DNA of 64,000 nucleotides, from NCBI GenBank assembly GCA_964483785.1, contig CAZACW010000003.1:20559-84558 (forward strand), written 5' to 3'. Under the pieces are notes generated by a model. It searched no databases, was not told where the DNA came from, and worked only from the letters and a program-made list of their open reading frames with translations. Below are positions 9,001-15,031 of this stretch, one piece after another; position 1 is the first letter of the stretch, and every line of letters starts with the position of its first letter. The DNA is from an uncultured Planctomycetales bacterium (lineage in GTDB: Bacteria; Omnitrophota; Gorgyraeia; Zapsychrales; Fredricksoniimonadaceae). The position numbers and the translations under genes were made by a program.

Positions 9001-11889
9001 ATTTCGGCCTAAAATGATTTTATGCGTGTTGTTGGGCTCATCTACGAATACAAAGGTCATGGTTTCTGAATCTGTGGTCGGTACGTATTTCAATTTATGC
9101 CATTGACCGTTGATCTGGACGACCCTTAATACACCTTCTTTCGGGTCTTCTGCATTTCTCCACTGGGTCCGGCTGATGAATCGTATTGGTTTGTAAGAGG
9201 GGCCTTGATGCGCGCTTTCGGCATTTTCGACCTCTACACCCAAAAGAAGATCATTGCCTTTGGGCAGTTCGGCATTCGGATAAAATTTATGCGCCAGGGT
9301 CCTGGCCTGGGTGCCGTCCAGTTCTGCCAAGATTGAACGAAAACCAATGACGTTTTCCCGGGTGATCCTTTGGTTTCTGGCCACATCCAGCATGGTCTGG
9401 GCCATGGTCTCATTGGTCATCATCAGCCCTTCCCTGACCTGGCCATTGATTTCGCCCTGGTACCAAACTACAAACGGGTTCATGTTGAAGTCGAAATCCT
9501 CCGCTTCGATGACGGACAAGCGTTGAAATAGCTTTGGGTCCTTGATATGCGCCCATTGCAAGGGGTCGGTAATACGTATCTTGGGTACATAGATGGCGAT
9601 CTGCAGATTATTTTTGATGGCATCCAGGAAAATTTTGGGATCGTTAAACCTGACCAGAGGAGAAAATAAGGCTTTTTCATTCAAATTGGCCAGAATGGCC
9701 ACTGGCCCGCCTTTTTTAAAAAATAATTCGCGTTGAATATTGTCCCTATTCTCTTGGGCTTGGACACTCAGAAGTCTCTGTGGTTCGCTGACTAACTGCG
9801 GCCTGACATTGGAACGAAAATGATTTTCAATAAGGTTCGCTGGAACCATGGTCATGGGAGGTGTGGCCATGGCCTCAAATCGTTGCATCTCAGATTGAGG
9901 AAATGACGGAAAACTGTTTTCATCCATCTGTGTTCTTGTAGTTGTGGGGAGAAACGGCAAAGGAACAGCGGAAGGCTGTACCGAAGCGGGAACCACCCTT
10001 GCAGGAATTGTTGCTGGAGCTGTCCCGATGGCCGCCGCGGGCATATGGAAATTTGCCGTTTCATTGGGATGGACGATCGTATTGTCAGGTGTGATGGTCC
10101 TGGTACCTTGAGGCCCGGTGACAGTCACCCGGCCTTCCTGGATCAGACGGTTGATCGTCATGCGTTGGGATTTGGCTAGGGTATTGTTATAGGCTTGGAT
10201 TTCTGCGGAGCCCATGAAGGTCGTATACAATGATCCCTGGATGCCGGCATTGATCACATGTTCCGGCGGCGGCGCACTGCCGCCGGCCGCTGCAGGTCCA
10301 TGGGCAGGCAGGACCGCGGCCGGCGCTGGAAGCTCTTCGGAACGCACTCCCCCGGCTGCTGCTGTGCGGACAAGGTCCAAATTAAGGACGATTTTATGCG
10401 GCGCTTGATTGGGCAATGACCGCAAATGATAATTGGGCACATCGGTGACAATATCACCGTCAATGCTCAATACGCCTTGGCGGGCCAGCACATCAATGGC
10501 TTTTTTCCAAACATTCAGGTCCTGGCCGGTCTCTTTATACAGCGTGCTGTTGATCAGTCCATACACGCTCCCTGCCCTGCCTTCGGCGTTGATGGCATGC
10601 AGGTCGGAATGATTCTCGGCGTATTGCTGGACAGCGGCAGCCGGCGTATTTAAAAACGGGTTTTCCGCGGCAGATGCCGTGTACATCCCGGCCAAACTGA
10701 CAGGAATGCTCAACAAGGCGCCAAATGCCAAGGCCTTTTTAGCCAGCTGTGCCGAATCCGGACCCTTGACGATCACCATGGCCGCGTTTTGCCAGGACAC
10801 ACCGCCTGAGAAATATTTTCTCGCCACGGTCTCATTGCTCGGCGTCACTTCTTCCTTGATGTAGTTGTACACGCCTTTTTTGTAAGACACCAGATACTGC
10901 CGGAAGATTTCCTCATCCACGTTTTTGTCCGTGACTTCAATGCCGTTGATTTTGCGGCGGTTGACATATCCTTTGGCCATGAGGCTTTCCTTTAATTTGT
11001 TTTTGTACCAAAGGGCCAGGACCAGCGAATTGTAGACCTGCCTTAAATTGGCGAAATTCTCCCCTGTGTTGACTTCTTTTTCCAGGATGGGCAGAATGAC
11101 CTGGCGGATAAGTTGATTGCTTAATTGATGGGCGTCCGGGGTTGGGTGTTTGGCATCAAGGTTTATGTTCTGATCACTGCTCACTGAGCGCTGATCAAGC
11201 GCATGATGCTTATGCATGGACAGATAATCTTCTTCCAACATCACCTTTAATTTGCTTTTGATGATCACGGCTGTATTGGCAGCGGCATTTTCATACACCA
11301 CGGCCTTCTCCGGGACGATCCACACCTTATTGAAGGTGTTCACCGGAATATCGGTGCTGCCCAATTTTTCATAGGCCTGCTGATAGATGGCGCGCCAGAA
11401 GGCACGGCCTACCTTGCCGTCCGGATACATCACAGAAGCCGTAACTTGTTTTAAGAGATAATCCTGGGCCAAGAGTTCCTTGCCCATTTCCGTGATCCCG
11501 AATTCCTTAGGGACGATATGCTCTTTTTCATAGGGGGATAAATTCACCCACATGTCTTTTTGGGGGATGGTCAAAGAGGCGAGAAAATATTTGATCAATC
11601 TTTCCGCTTCATGCTTGAGAAAGACTTTTTTCATCAGGGAGTCATCATCAAATTTAAGTGTGCTGTCCCCTTGCGAAAGCACGAATTCGAATTTGAAGGG
11701 ATTGTTTTTGTAAATTTTAAGGCCGCGGATGAGAGGCGGTGAAAAGCGCGGGGTCAGTGCGACCATTTGACCGGGCGCAGGCAGAAAAGGCACATTGGCC
11801 AAAACAGGTTCAGAGACCAGGGTATTGACCAGGAAGGTGGTAAGAACAGTCCATAAAATAGGTCTATTTATATACTTGTTTTTCAACAT
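1..11889 (-). CDS. Giant multidomain protein (>3,963 aa, 3' end outside window), Omnitrophota-type
   Basis: Manual translation from ATG at 11887-11889 finds no stop down to base 1, which explains its absence from the ORF track. N-terminus MLKNKYINRPILWTVLTTFLVNTLVSEPVLANVPFLPAPGQMV is followed by LIKYFLASLTIP, WVNLSPYEK, LLAQDYLLKQ, NTFNKVWIVP, LRQVYNSLVLA and RKYFSGG, a block I recognise from large Omnitrophota proteins. Confidence 0.93.
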   Translation of the reverse strand, partial: MLKNKYINRPILWTVLTTFLVNTLVSEPVLANVPFLPAPGQMVALTPRFSPPLIRGLKIYKNNPFKFEFVLSQGDSTLKFDDDSLMKKVFLKHEAERLIKYFLASLTIPQKDMWVNLSPYEKEHIVPKEFGITEMGKELLAQDYLLKQVTASVMYPDGKVGRAFWRAIYQQAYEKLGSTDIPVNTFNKVWIVPEKAVVYENAAANTAVIIKSKLKVMLEEDYLSMHKHHALDQRSVSSDQNINLDAKHPTPDAHQLSNQLIRQVILPILEKEVNTGENFANLRQVYNSLVLALWYKNKLKESLMAKGYVNRRKINGIEVTDKNVDEEIFRQYLVSYKKGVYNYIKEEVTPSNETVARKYFSGGVSWQNAAMVIVKGPDSAQLAKKALAFGALLSIPVSLAGMYTASAAENPFLNTPAAAVQQYAENHSDLHAINAEGRAGSVYGLINSTLYKETGQDLNVWKKAIDVLARQGVLSIDGDIVTDVPNYHLRSLPNQAPHKIVLNLDLVRTAAAGGVRSEELPAPAAVLPAHGPAAAGGSAPPPEHVINAGIQGSLYTTFMGSAEIQAYNNTLAKSQRMTINRLIQEGRVTVTGPQGTRTITPDNTIVHPNETANFHMPAAAIGTAPATIPARVVPASVQPSAVPLPFLPTTTRTQMDENSFPSFPQSEMQRFEAMATPPMTMVPANLIENHFRSNVRPQLVSEPQRLLSVQAQENRDNIQRELFFKKGGPVAILANLNEKALFSPLVRFNDPKIFLDAIKNNLQIAIYVPKIRITDPLQWAHIKDPKLFQRLSVIEAEDFDFNMNPFVVWYQGEINGQVREGLMMTNETMAQTMLDVARNQRITRENVIGFRSILAELDGTQARTLAHKFYPNAELPKGNDLLLGVEVENAESAHQGPSYKPIRFISRTQWRNAEDPKEGVLRVVQINGQWHKLKYVPTTDSETMTFVFVDEPNNTHKIILGRNYLVQLRSEAFADRFLAEVENKQNQRYQVYLQNKQRFNRAVFLVNLGLSFVPNMKVPVGSILDFGWDIFNRPDLMTMPTETQFMDFVAQYVYHQSGSTANWDQMPDPEKDIFRQQARRMINGELGQEQMTQLQHYIEGKYGYDKIARQMGDALRVLNAATTTLKDSPLSRAARNIPFNPLSGAFNVNYAAAWALNHGPQDAVALRDIAGPNAPVVFRSLLPGIEINFYQLANKIEQETGSGNPLRAPFPHVDGPIISVNFWGLYDTKLRTQLEEITTINKANVRGSGISGYAFDNGWFSGKVHTYTKAEAHAQMMKGFVIGMTENNRPVFAIVERDAKGRESYRLFFPTINGVEENAEQVERDLKTYDKITSVMQQGGVEIYQAALGGDPFHQRTASGALQSMDYIHAGQSNRRGYMFDQSLGLTFAVYANDWNRIQPLEAFIRTIFNAQKTGFQGFAEYYDVYDFRRAQGDGAPGPGPNASILMSLLNLRNALYLKGDNTYTRNDDIINALAVWLGNNWKNENGTEPLALTVGAMGEYRHIMLPGLQQQQSGFNRLFNGSIGSQLDEQYRQMSEALDTRYDPQKGLYKAGGQQKPGINSYLSSDANTRTFLSKGMELFMQSNKMTIEDVMAWWLRVDAEFGINDYYIANGRRFEIRGLSLADADARAHGFGKAVMFEVTSEAVQVLNEIINYAYTHQHPEIVEKASKIRDGYLKTLRIVADANDGNLPQAAHSNIPTGFGYNTQEGTRATAPLLQKSLSEHQINIFRIGRPTLKPPSIIPLPAKVVTDEMTRVDIHIGDKEVDHYRRIIQAQNGRYIRPSGNTEATIESKADGTTVYLHLTRSLAYLQQREINAAIGRINAENMGHAIRGDPGFEGGAGIVSQVRKMPWGIVPGRIIPEPTTGANIRNSTWVRGVFDPQFEQWTDEQKANAQLQGYADLQMTTGPFTTIIYPLDTDVHKITPSPTTGKPVLKVYRNGLLKYSVDEEHIIVPAYDMKLHLEVGTYIYPNPYRSTHVQRLAGVTEYMAQANAVAELAKTPQGKAQAEAVTITLYANFERKAGDHHITKKVVYIGRTNNERRLQIFTDHEYPDSEVTLNEITEYQRNAYGLPPHSEVFFNGDDMTGPLDVEQIAQRLLRPVPGALRTSNTSPIMGQDRNLQRSGFTLPVESLNLSTNITHSLVINASGVVQSNRDADQIGGNTVTQNTQLDYDRSKFSGVVPLASETKSGSGTTLASDRLFNYDQTTGRSWIYHLDEHGQGSFRLFDPRWTQPILVAGKDSLDRWVVTRTDMDRDETHQSSTTTIGQQKGGVTTTSTYDRNHMRWELNVTKWAEQVGQGLALASSTVYQSPFGRTLDVLTASDDGINQRYLPRHDRDGIETGATMDLFNPATHQWVHQFDFSHYRFARGQRIRDVMDLGHQKPSTQMDDMATGLLLAESAPQGVYKSPLGISFEGLVTSRYAYNGPLALVPQTVVNNRGETRRFSGLNSSLLTWQIQGADHKIFYEDTDPKHRGRVSATRAFFDSSSQNVPMAQALWEHRTQNIFRQPTADNIFDLDLIPDSENTNYQNGKPVNRIPVLGSYDVSRLQGTFKIKLDEALSNGSTTVVNQEVIADNQQVAKTIQLAYRYGLERIQWKIIGHKKVVFNWRNEPGSYSVAHGIADTVDVFEINDQGEQVRPLYSAAAKDYNPNDGTLTMLITHYFGNNQDKTWTEMITMSTKGDIQSSIANLVNQQGEQDRKFAYYIYAPEHETYLGLTSENDRRIDLLAGAPPQDASKQDYWYFFADSKDGQMYDDIEVLVTDALGHQVTFTSKMDKSNYFENLLASGQIHELPFIYPYNFTVISTPDQKSPTRESSAVVNVRSLKGRNPFVMPVQWMADAGIDPSKINSVVVHYKGNKDVPVGVSALKTTQQQNEIQITKRQDETVLLGELKRYIADARIQFNSNDTVTADLGWNFGEAVANLQNMKARQGVWAKTREFLQQMKSTHEERDRVQFEILGDGQALMSRYDRDEKLGQWTPLTTIYTFDDLNEKNQPTANVYSGYPGFTVAEEISIVENGYSRMYLLSNGVGIPSIQLFPFAHAGNRPSQTTWQGDAPIIVPNNYGGGAAKAFRELTFNDLYMTFARSYFPKFNPNADHEAIDNVVLDRMRNNRETKPHPVGAFVYNTPFWKLHDLPDHPIPATADLIQIAKAWRNSHTGLIPLTHGTQEQSLDVAKQGDLLAALILSGDQEGIQIAQDILLYQTDKRPFSFWDSTGEGKVPVVNFLNINSGAPQRTTPDLNNPTYSTPKADSQAAITNAVYQLWKANGNPYARTMAMAMARTLVETFYSSDDEIGAFAEEKFVPQVKTLGLNFLGRPNNYLTRTNSKIFLLLNAMRQDTTLDADFRQFLGPRIESLQKFFDTYVMGRVKDESIVPYGFYRRQNGAIEFGEIPGSSSDTWFYFIEAAKAMGRIDDAKGIQLLDMMDRPFEVKTDGQVGLDIAIGPRQRVIAVDSTVNGLRTARLLGYQQAEDGFRRALAAYPRTPENMFPELIGINASAVDPRQGLDSGDMRRFYPRTDGPSPSWAPSLTAGADWLMAQQGGASVYNPAPKDRAQLSFAAPAAHSLFWVAMAYLPLASILLAPFINLLTGAVTKNLLQVRKFYLIGKVKASIPDFDMKDISAAYDLIAQTIEMTDQYGNPIPNPHQDRVHVLRKDIQGPRSLDILSANGFTALIALLKNIQAKDPTVINDDQIKAIINKWSQIFYEEFEKQATYWKTRGSILKSLRRIIGIRFRNNEEDTYTNPRYHPMTLINLYMWDEVKRIRQAEADKQGVKEQVGRSLEILNNEGQFRTWAQTKAKEARHPLLIGAARNLFLVYWIFIAAAFGRAEITHIQSMIHDHLYNNVLFSYIHQFAGSSTWGLLAAGIGLIMMVYMVPETKNPVLSPIAKWTRGLLALGGLGLGASWLMGFIGDYQINFLLPESLSISTGSQVIVHTLMQQVVQNTGLLCAGAAALTASWILDFIQGA

Positions 11890-12098
11890 TTATCCAGTAC
11901 CTTTAAATAAACCTCTTCACTTCTTCATCAAAACTGTTCTCTATATCTAAAGTATATCCCGTTAATAAGGGCTTTGGGCCCCTGAAAGGCCTTTCAAGAG
12001 AAAGCGCTTTCCCGGTTAAACCCCGACGGAGATTAGAGATAATAGAAAAATTTAGATTAAATTTTTAAAAATTAGGGATCGAGGGTTGCTGCGGGAAA

Positions 12099-12449
12099 CT
12101 AAATCGAGGGCGTTTCGGATTTCTGCAGGATCTTCTTGATGAGCTTGAGCGAATTCTCATCGATGCTGGTAAAATAAATCACAAAGCCTTCGCCCGGCAC
12201 CATGCGGGAGATGCGGGCAAGGCCTTGGATCACTTCTGTATCGTTAACGGCACATTGGATGCTGATGCCGATTTCGTCGTTCACGCTCAAATAAAGATTA
12301 TTTTTGATCCTGACAAAGGCGCTGTTTAAGGACAGGTCCTTGATCTGCGCTTTCACGGACAATTGCGACCCGACGCTGACCGTGGCCGGAAATTCCACGT
12401 TGACGCGCGGCTGGCCGCGCTGGTCGCTGTTGCCCAAATAAGCCGTCAT
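12099..12449 (-). CDS. PilZ domain protein (putative c-di-GMP receptor)
   Basis: RxxxR (QRGQPR) and DxS (KDLSLNS, final G replaced by S). Start moved to MTAYLG, which is preceded by a GAGGA RBS. Confidence 0.8.
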   Translation of the reverse strand: MTAYLGNSDQRGQPRVNVEFPATVSVGSQLSVKAQIKDLSLNSAFVRIKNNLYLSVNDEIGISIQCAVNDTEVIQGLARISRMVPGEGFVIYFTSIDENSLKLIKKILQKSETPSI

Positions 12450-12474
12450 AACATTCCTCGATTCATCTAATGAT

Positions 12475-12813
12475 TCAACGGGAGTAATCATCCTGAATCC
12501 GGATGATATCATCTTCTCCCAGGTATTTCCCGCAGGCCACTTCGATTAAAACCAAATGCTCAGGGCCTGTATTGCCTATGCGGTGGACGGCGCCTAAAGG
12601 CACATCCACCACGACACCGGGGTTGACAGGGATTTCCTTGCCGTTGACAATGGCCATGCCTTGCCCTGCCACCACGACCCATTTTTCCGACCGGTGCTGG
12701 TGCTTTTGCAGGCTTAACCTCGCTTGAGGGTTGACCTCAATGCGTTTCACCCAAACGCCGGGTTCCTGATGGAACTTGTGATATTGGCCCCACGGCCTTT
12801 TGGTGATTTCCAC
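12475..12813 (-). CDS. Cupin, mannose-6-phosphate isomerase type II C-terminal-like
   Basis: RPWG...VKRIEVNP..RLSLQKHQHRSEKW...HRIGN...IEV...YLGEDDIIR. Confidence 0.85.
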   Translation of the reverse strand: MEITKRPWGQYHKFHQEPGVWVKRIEVNPQARLSLQKHQHRSEKWVVVAGQGMAIVNGKEIPVNPGVVVDVPLGAVHRIGNTGPEHLVLIEVACGKYLGEDDIIRIQDDYSR

Positions 12814-12818
12814 GACAG

Positions 12819-14081
12819 TTATTTTAGGAAAAAACCCGCGATTTGACCAGATAAATAGTTTAATTCTTTCGCGCTGTGGGCCATGGAAACAAAAAATGTT
12901 TCCAATTCAGCCGGCGGCCAGTAAATCCCCTTCCCTAATAAATAGTGGAAAAGGCGGGCGTATTGCTTTTGGTCCGAGGCTTTCAGGGCCTGCGCGTAAT
13001 TATTCACGGGCCCGGATGAAAAACGGAGGCAGACCATGCTGTGATGATAGGCCAGATGGGCCTGGATGCCGTTGGCCTGCAAAAGGGCATTGGTTTGGAT
13101 GACAAAATTTCTGCTTAGATCATTGAGTTTTTTATAGGCCGGCGGCGTCAATTGATGCAAGACCGCCAGGCCTGCCTGCATCACCACGGGATTGCCTGAA
13201 AAGGTCCCGGCTTGGTAAACGCCGCCTAAAGGCGCCAAATGCCGCATGATGTCCTTGCGTCCGCCATAGGCGCCGACCGGAAAACCGCCGCCGATGATTT
13301 TGCCCAGGCAGGTCAAGTCCGGAATAATGCTAAGCTCCGATTGGGCGCAGCCTAAATTGGACCTGAACCCGCTCATCACTTCATCAAAAATCAGGATGAT
13401 CCCATATTTTTTGGTCAAGGCCCGCAGGCCTTGCAGGAATTCCTTGTGAGGGTTGACCAGGCCCATATTGCCCGGTACAGGTTCAATGATCACGCAGGCG
13501 ATGTCGCGGTGATGGCGTTCAATGGTTTTGGATAAAGTTTGAATATCATTAAACGGCAGGCTTAAAGTGTCCTGCATATGCGCTTGCGGAATGCCCTGGC
13601 TCGAGGAAGCCGGCAAAAAGGCCAGGCCGGAGCCGGCCTTACTTAATAAATCATCGCTGTGCCCATGATAACAGCCGTCGAATTTGATGATTTTGGCGCG
13701 TTTGGTAAAACCGCGGGCTAAGCGCACAGCGCTCATCGTGGCTTCCGTCCCGGAATTGACAAAACGCACCCTGTCGATCGACGGGACATGACGGCAAATG
13801 AAGCGGGCGATTTCAATTTCAGCTTTGGTGGTGGTGCCGAAGCTGGTGCCGTTCTTGAGGGCTTTTTGAATGGCTTTGCGGACTTCACGGTTGTCGTGGC
13901 CCAAGATCAAGGCGCCCCAGGAAAGGCAATAATCAGCATAGCTTCGGCCTTGGATATCATAAAGCCGAAAGCCCCTGCCCCTGGCCATCAGCAGAGGCTT
14001 GCCGCCCACGGCCAAAAAAGCGCGGACCGGGCTGTTGACCCCTCCCACCAATACTTTTTGAGCTGAGTTTAAGAGATCCAT
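12819..14081 (-). CDS. hemL: Glutamate-1-semialdehyde 2,1-aminomutase
   Basis: GGVNSPVRAF, NSGTEATMSAVRLAR, FDEVMSGFR, LGKIIGGGFP, YQAGTFSGNP. Confidence 0.97.
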   Translation of the reverse strand: MDLLNSAQKVLVGGVNSPVRAFLAVGGKPLLMARGRGFRLYDIQGRSYADYCLSWGALILGHDNREVRKAIQKALKNGTSFGTTTKAEIEIARFICRHVPSIDRVRFVNSGTEATMSAVRLARGFTKRAKIIKFDGCYHGHSDDLLSKAGSGLAFLPASSSQGIPQAHMQDTLSLPFNDIQTLSKTIERHHRDIACVIIEPVPGNMGLVNPHKEFLQGLRALTKKYGIILIFDEVMSGFRSNLGCAQSELSIIPDLTCLGKIIGGGFPVGAYGGRKDIMRHLAPLGGVYQAGTFSGNPVVMQAGLAVLHQLTPPAYKKLNDLSRNFVIQTNALLQANGIQAHLAYHHSMVCLRFSSGPVNNYAQALKASDQKQYARLFHYLLGKGIYWPPAELETFFVSMAHSAKELNYLSGQIAGFFLK

Positions 14082-15031
14082 TTCAGGGCAGATTTGGCGT
14101 GATAAGAAATGATGATGTCTGCGCCGGCGCGCTTCATCGCGGTCAGGGTTTCCAGGACAATTGATTTTTCATCGATCCATCCGTTTTGCGCGGCGGCCTT
14201 GACCATGCTGTACTCACCGCTGACATTGTAGCCTACGATGGGCACGGTCAATTCCCGGCGAAGTTGGGCGATGATGTCCAAATAAGCCAAGGCAGGTTTC
14301 ACCATGATCATGTCAGCGCCCTCGTTAACGTCTTTTTTGGCTTCTTTCAAGGCCTCGCGGCTGTTGGCAGGGTCCATTTGATAGGATTTGCGGTCGCCTG
14401 ATTTGGGTGTCGAATGGGCGGCATCGCGAAACGGGCCGTAATAAGCCGAAGCATATTTGACTGCATAGGATAAAATGCCCACGTCCTGAAATCGGGCCTG
14501 GTTTAAGGCCTGGCGGATGGCGCTAACGCGAAAATCCATCATGTCCGAAGGAGCGACCCAATCCGCGCCGGCCTGGGCCTGGGCCACGGCCATTTTGCCA
14601 AGCACAGGCAGGGTCTTGTCGTTGTCGATTTTTTCGTTAACGATCAGGCCGCAATGCCCATGGCTCATGTACGCGCACAGGCACACGTCTGTGACGATCA
14701 AAAAATCCGGAAAATGTTTTTTTAAGGCCTTGATGGCCGACAAAACAGGGTTGCCGGCGGCATAGGCGTATTGGCCGGTATTATCTTTGCGGGCCGGCAC
14801 GCCAAAGAGCATGCATCCTTTGCCGCCTTCCCGGATATAATCATCAATATCTTTAAGCAGATAATCCAGGGAAAAGCGGAATATGCCGGGCATGCTGGGG
14901 ATGGCTTCCTTTTTGTTTTTGCCCGCGACGACAAAATAAGGCTGGAGAAGATCATAGGCATTTAAGCGGGTCTCGCGGACAAATTCCCTGATTGCGGGCG
15001 TGGCCCTTAATCTACGATAACGATACGGCAT
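14069..15031 (-). CDS. hemB: Porphobilinogen synthase (Zn-type Cys motif)
   Basis: DVCLCAYMSHGHCG, APSDMMD, YYGPFRDA, MVKPALAYLD, YNVSGEYSM. Confidence 0.97.
   Translation of the reverse strand: MPYRYRRLRATPAIREFVRETRLNAYDLLQPYFVVAGKNKKEAIPSMPGIFRFSLDYLLKDIDDYIREGGKGCMLFGVPARKDNTGQYAYAAGNPVLSAIKALKKHFPDFLIVTDVCLCAYMSHGHCGLIVNEKIDNDKTLPVLGKMAVAQAQAGADWVAPSDMMDFRVSAIRQALNQARFQDVGILSYAVKYASAYYGPFRDAAHSTPKSGDRKSYQMDPANSREALKEAKKDVNEGADMIMVKPALAYLDIIAQLRRELTVPIVGYNVSGEYSMVKAAAQNGWIDEKSIVLETLTAMKRAGADIIISYHAKSALKWIS

Noticed and set aside
189-11742. Dozens of 60-140 aa ORFs in the track, which make the region look non-coding or fragmented
   Set aside because: They are shadow ORFs of the single giant minus-strand frame.
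11983-12066. Short palindromes upstream of the giant gene (TGAAAGGCCTTTCA, GAAAGCGCTTTC, AAAAATTTAGATTAAATTTTT)
   Set aside because: Too short to assign, with no recognisable riboswitch or terminator. They could be operators but nothing supports that.
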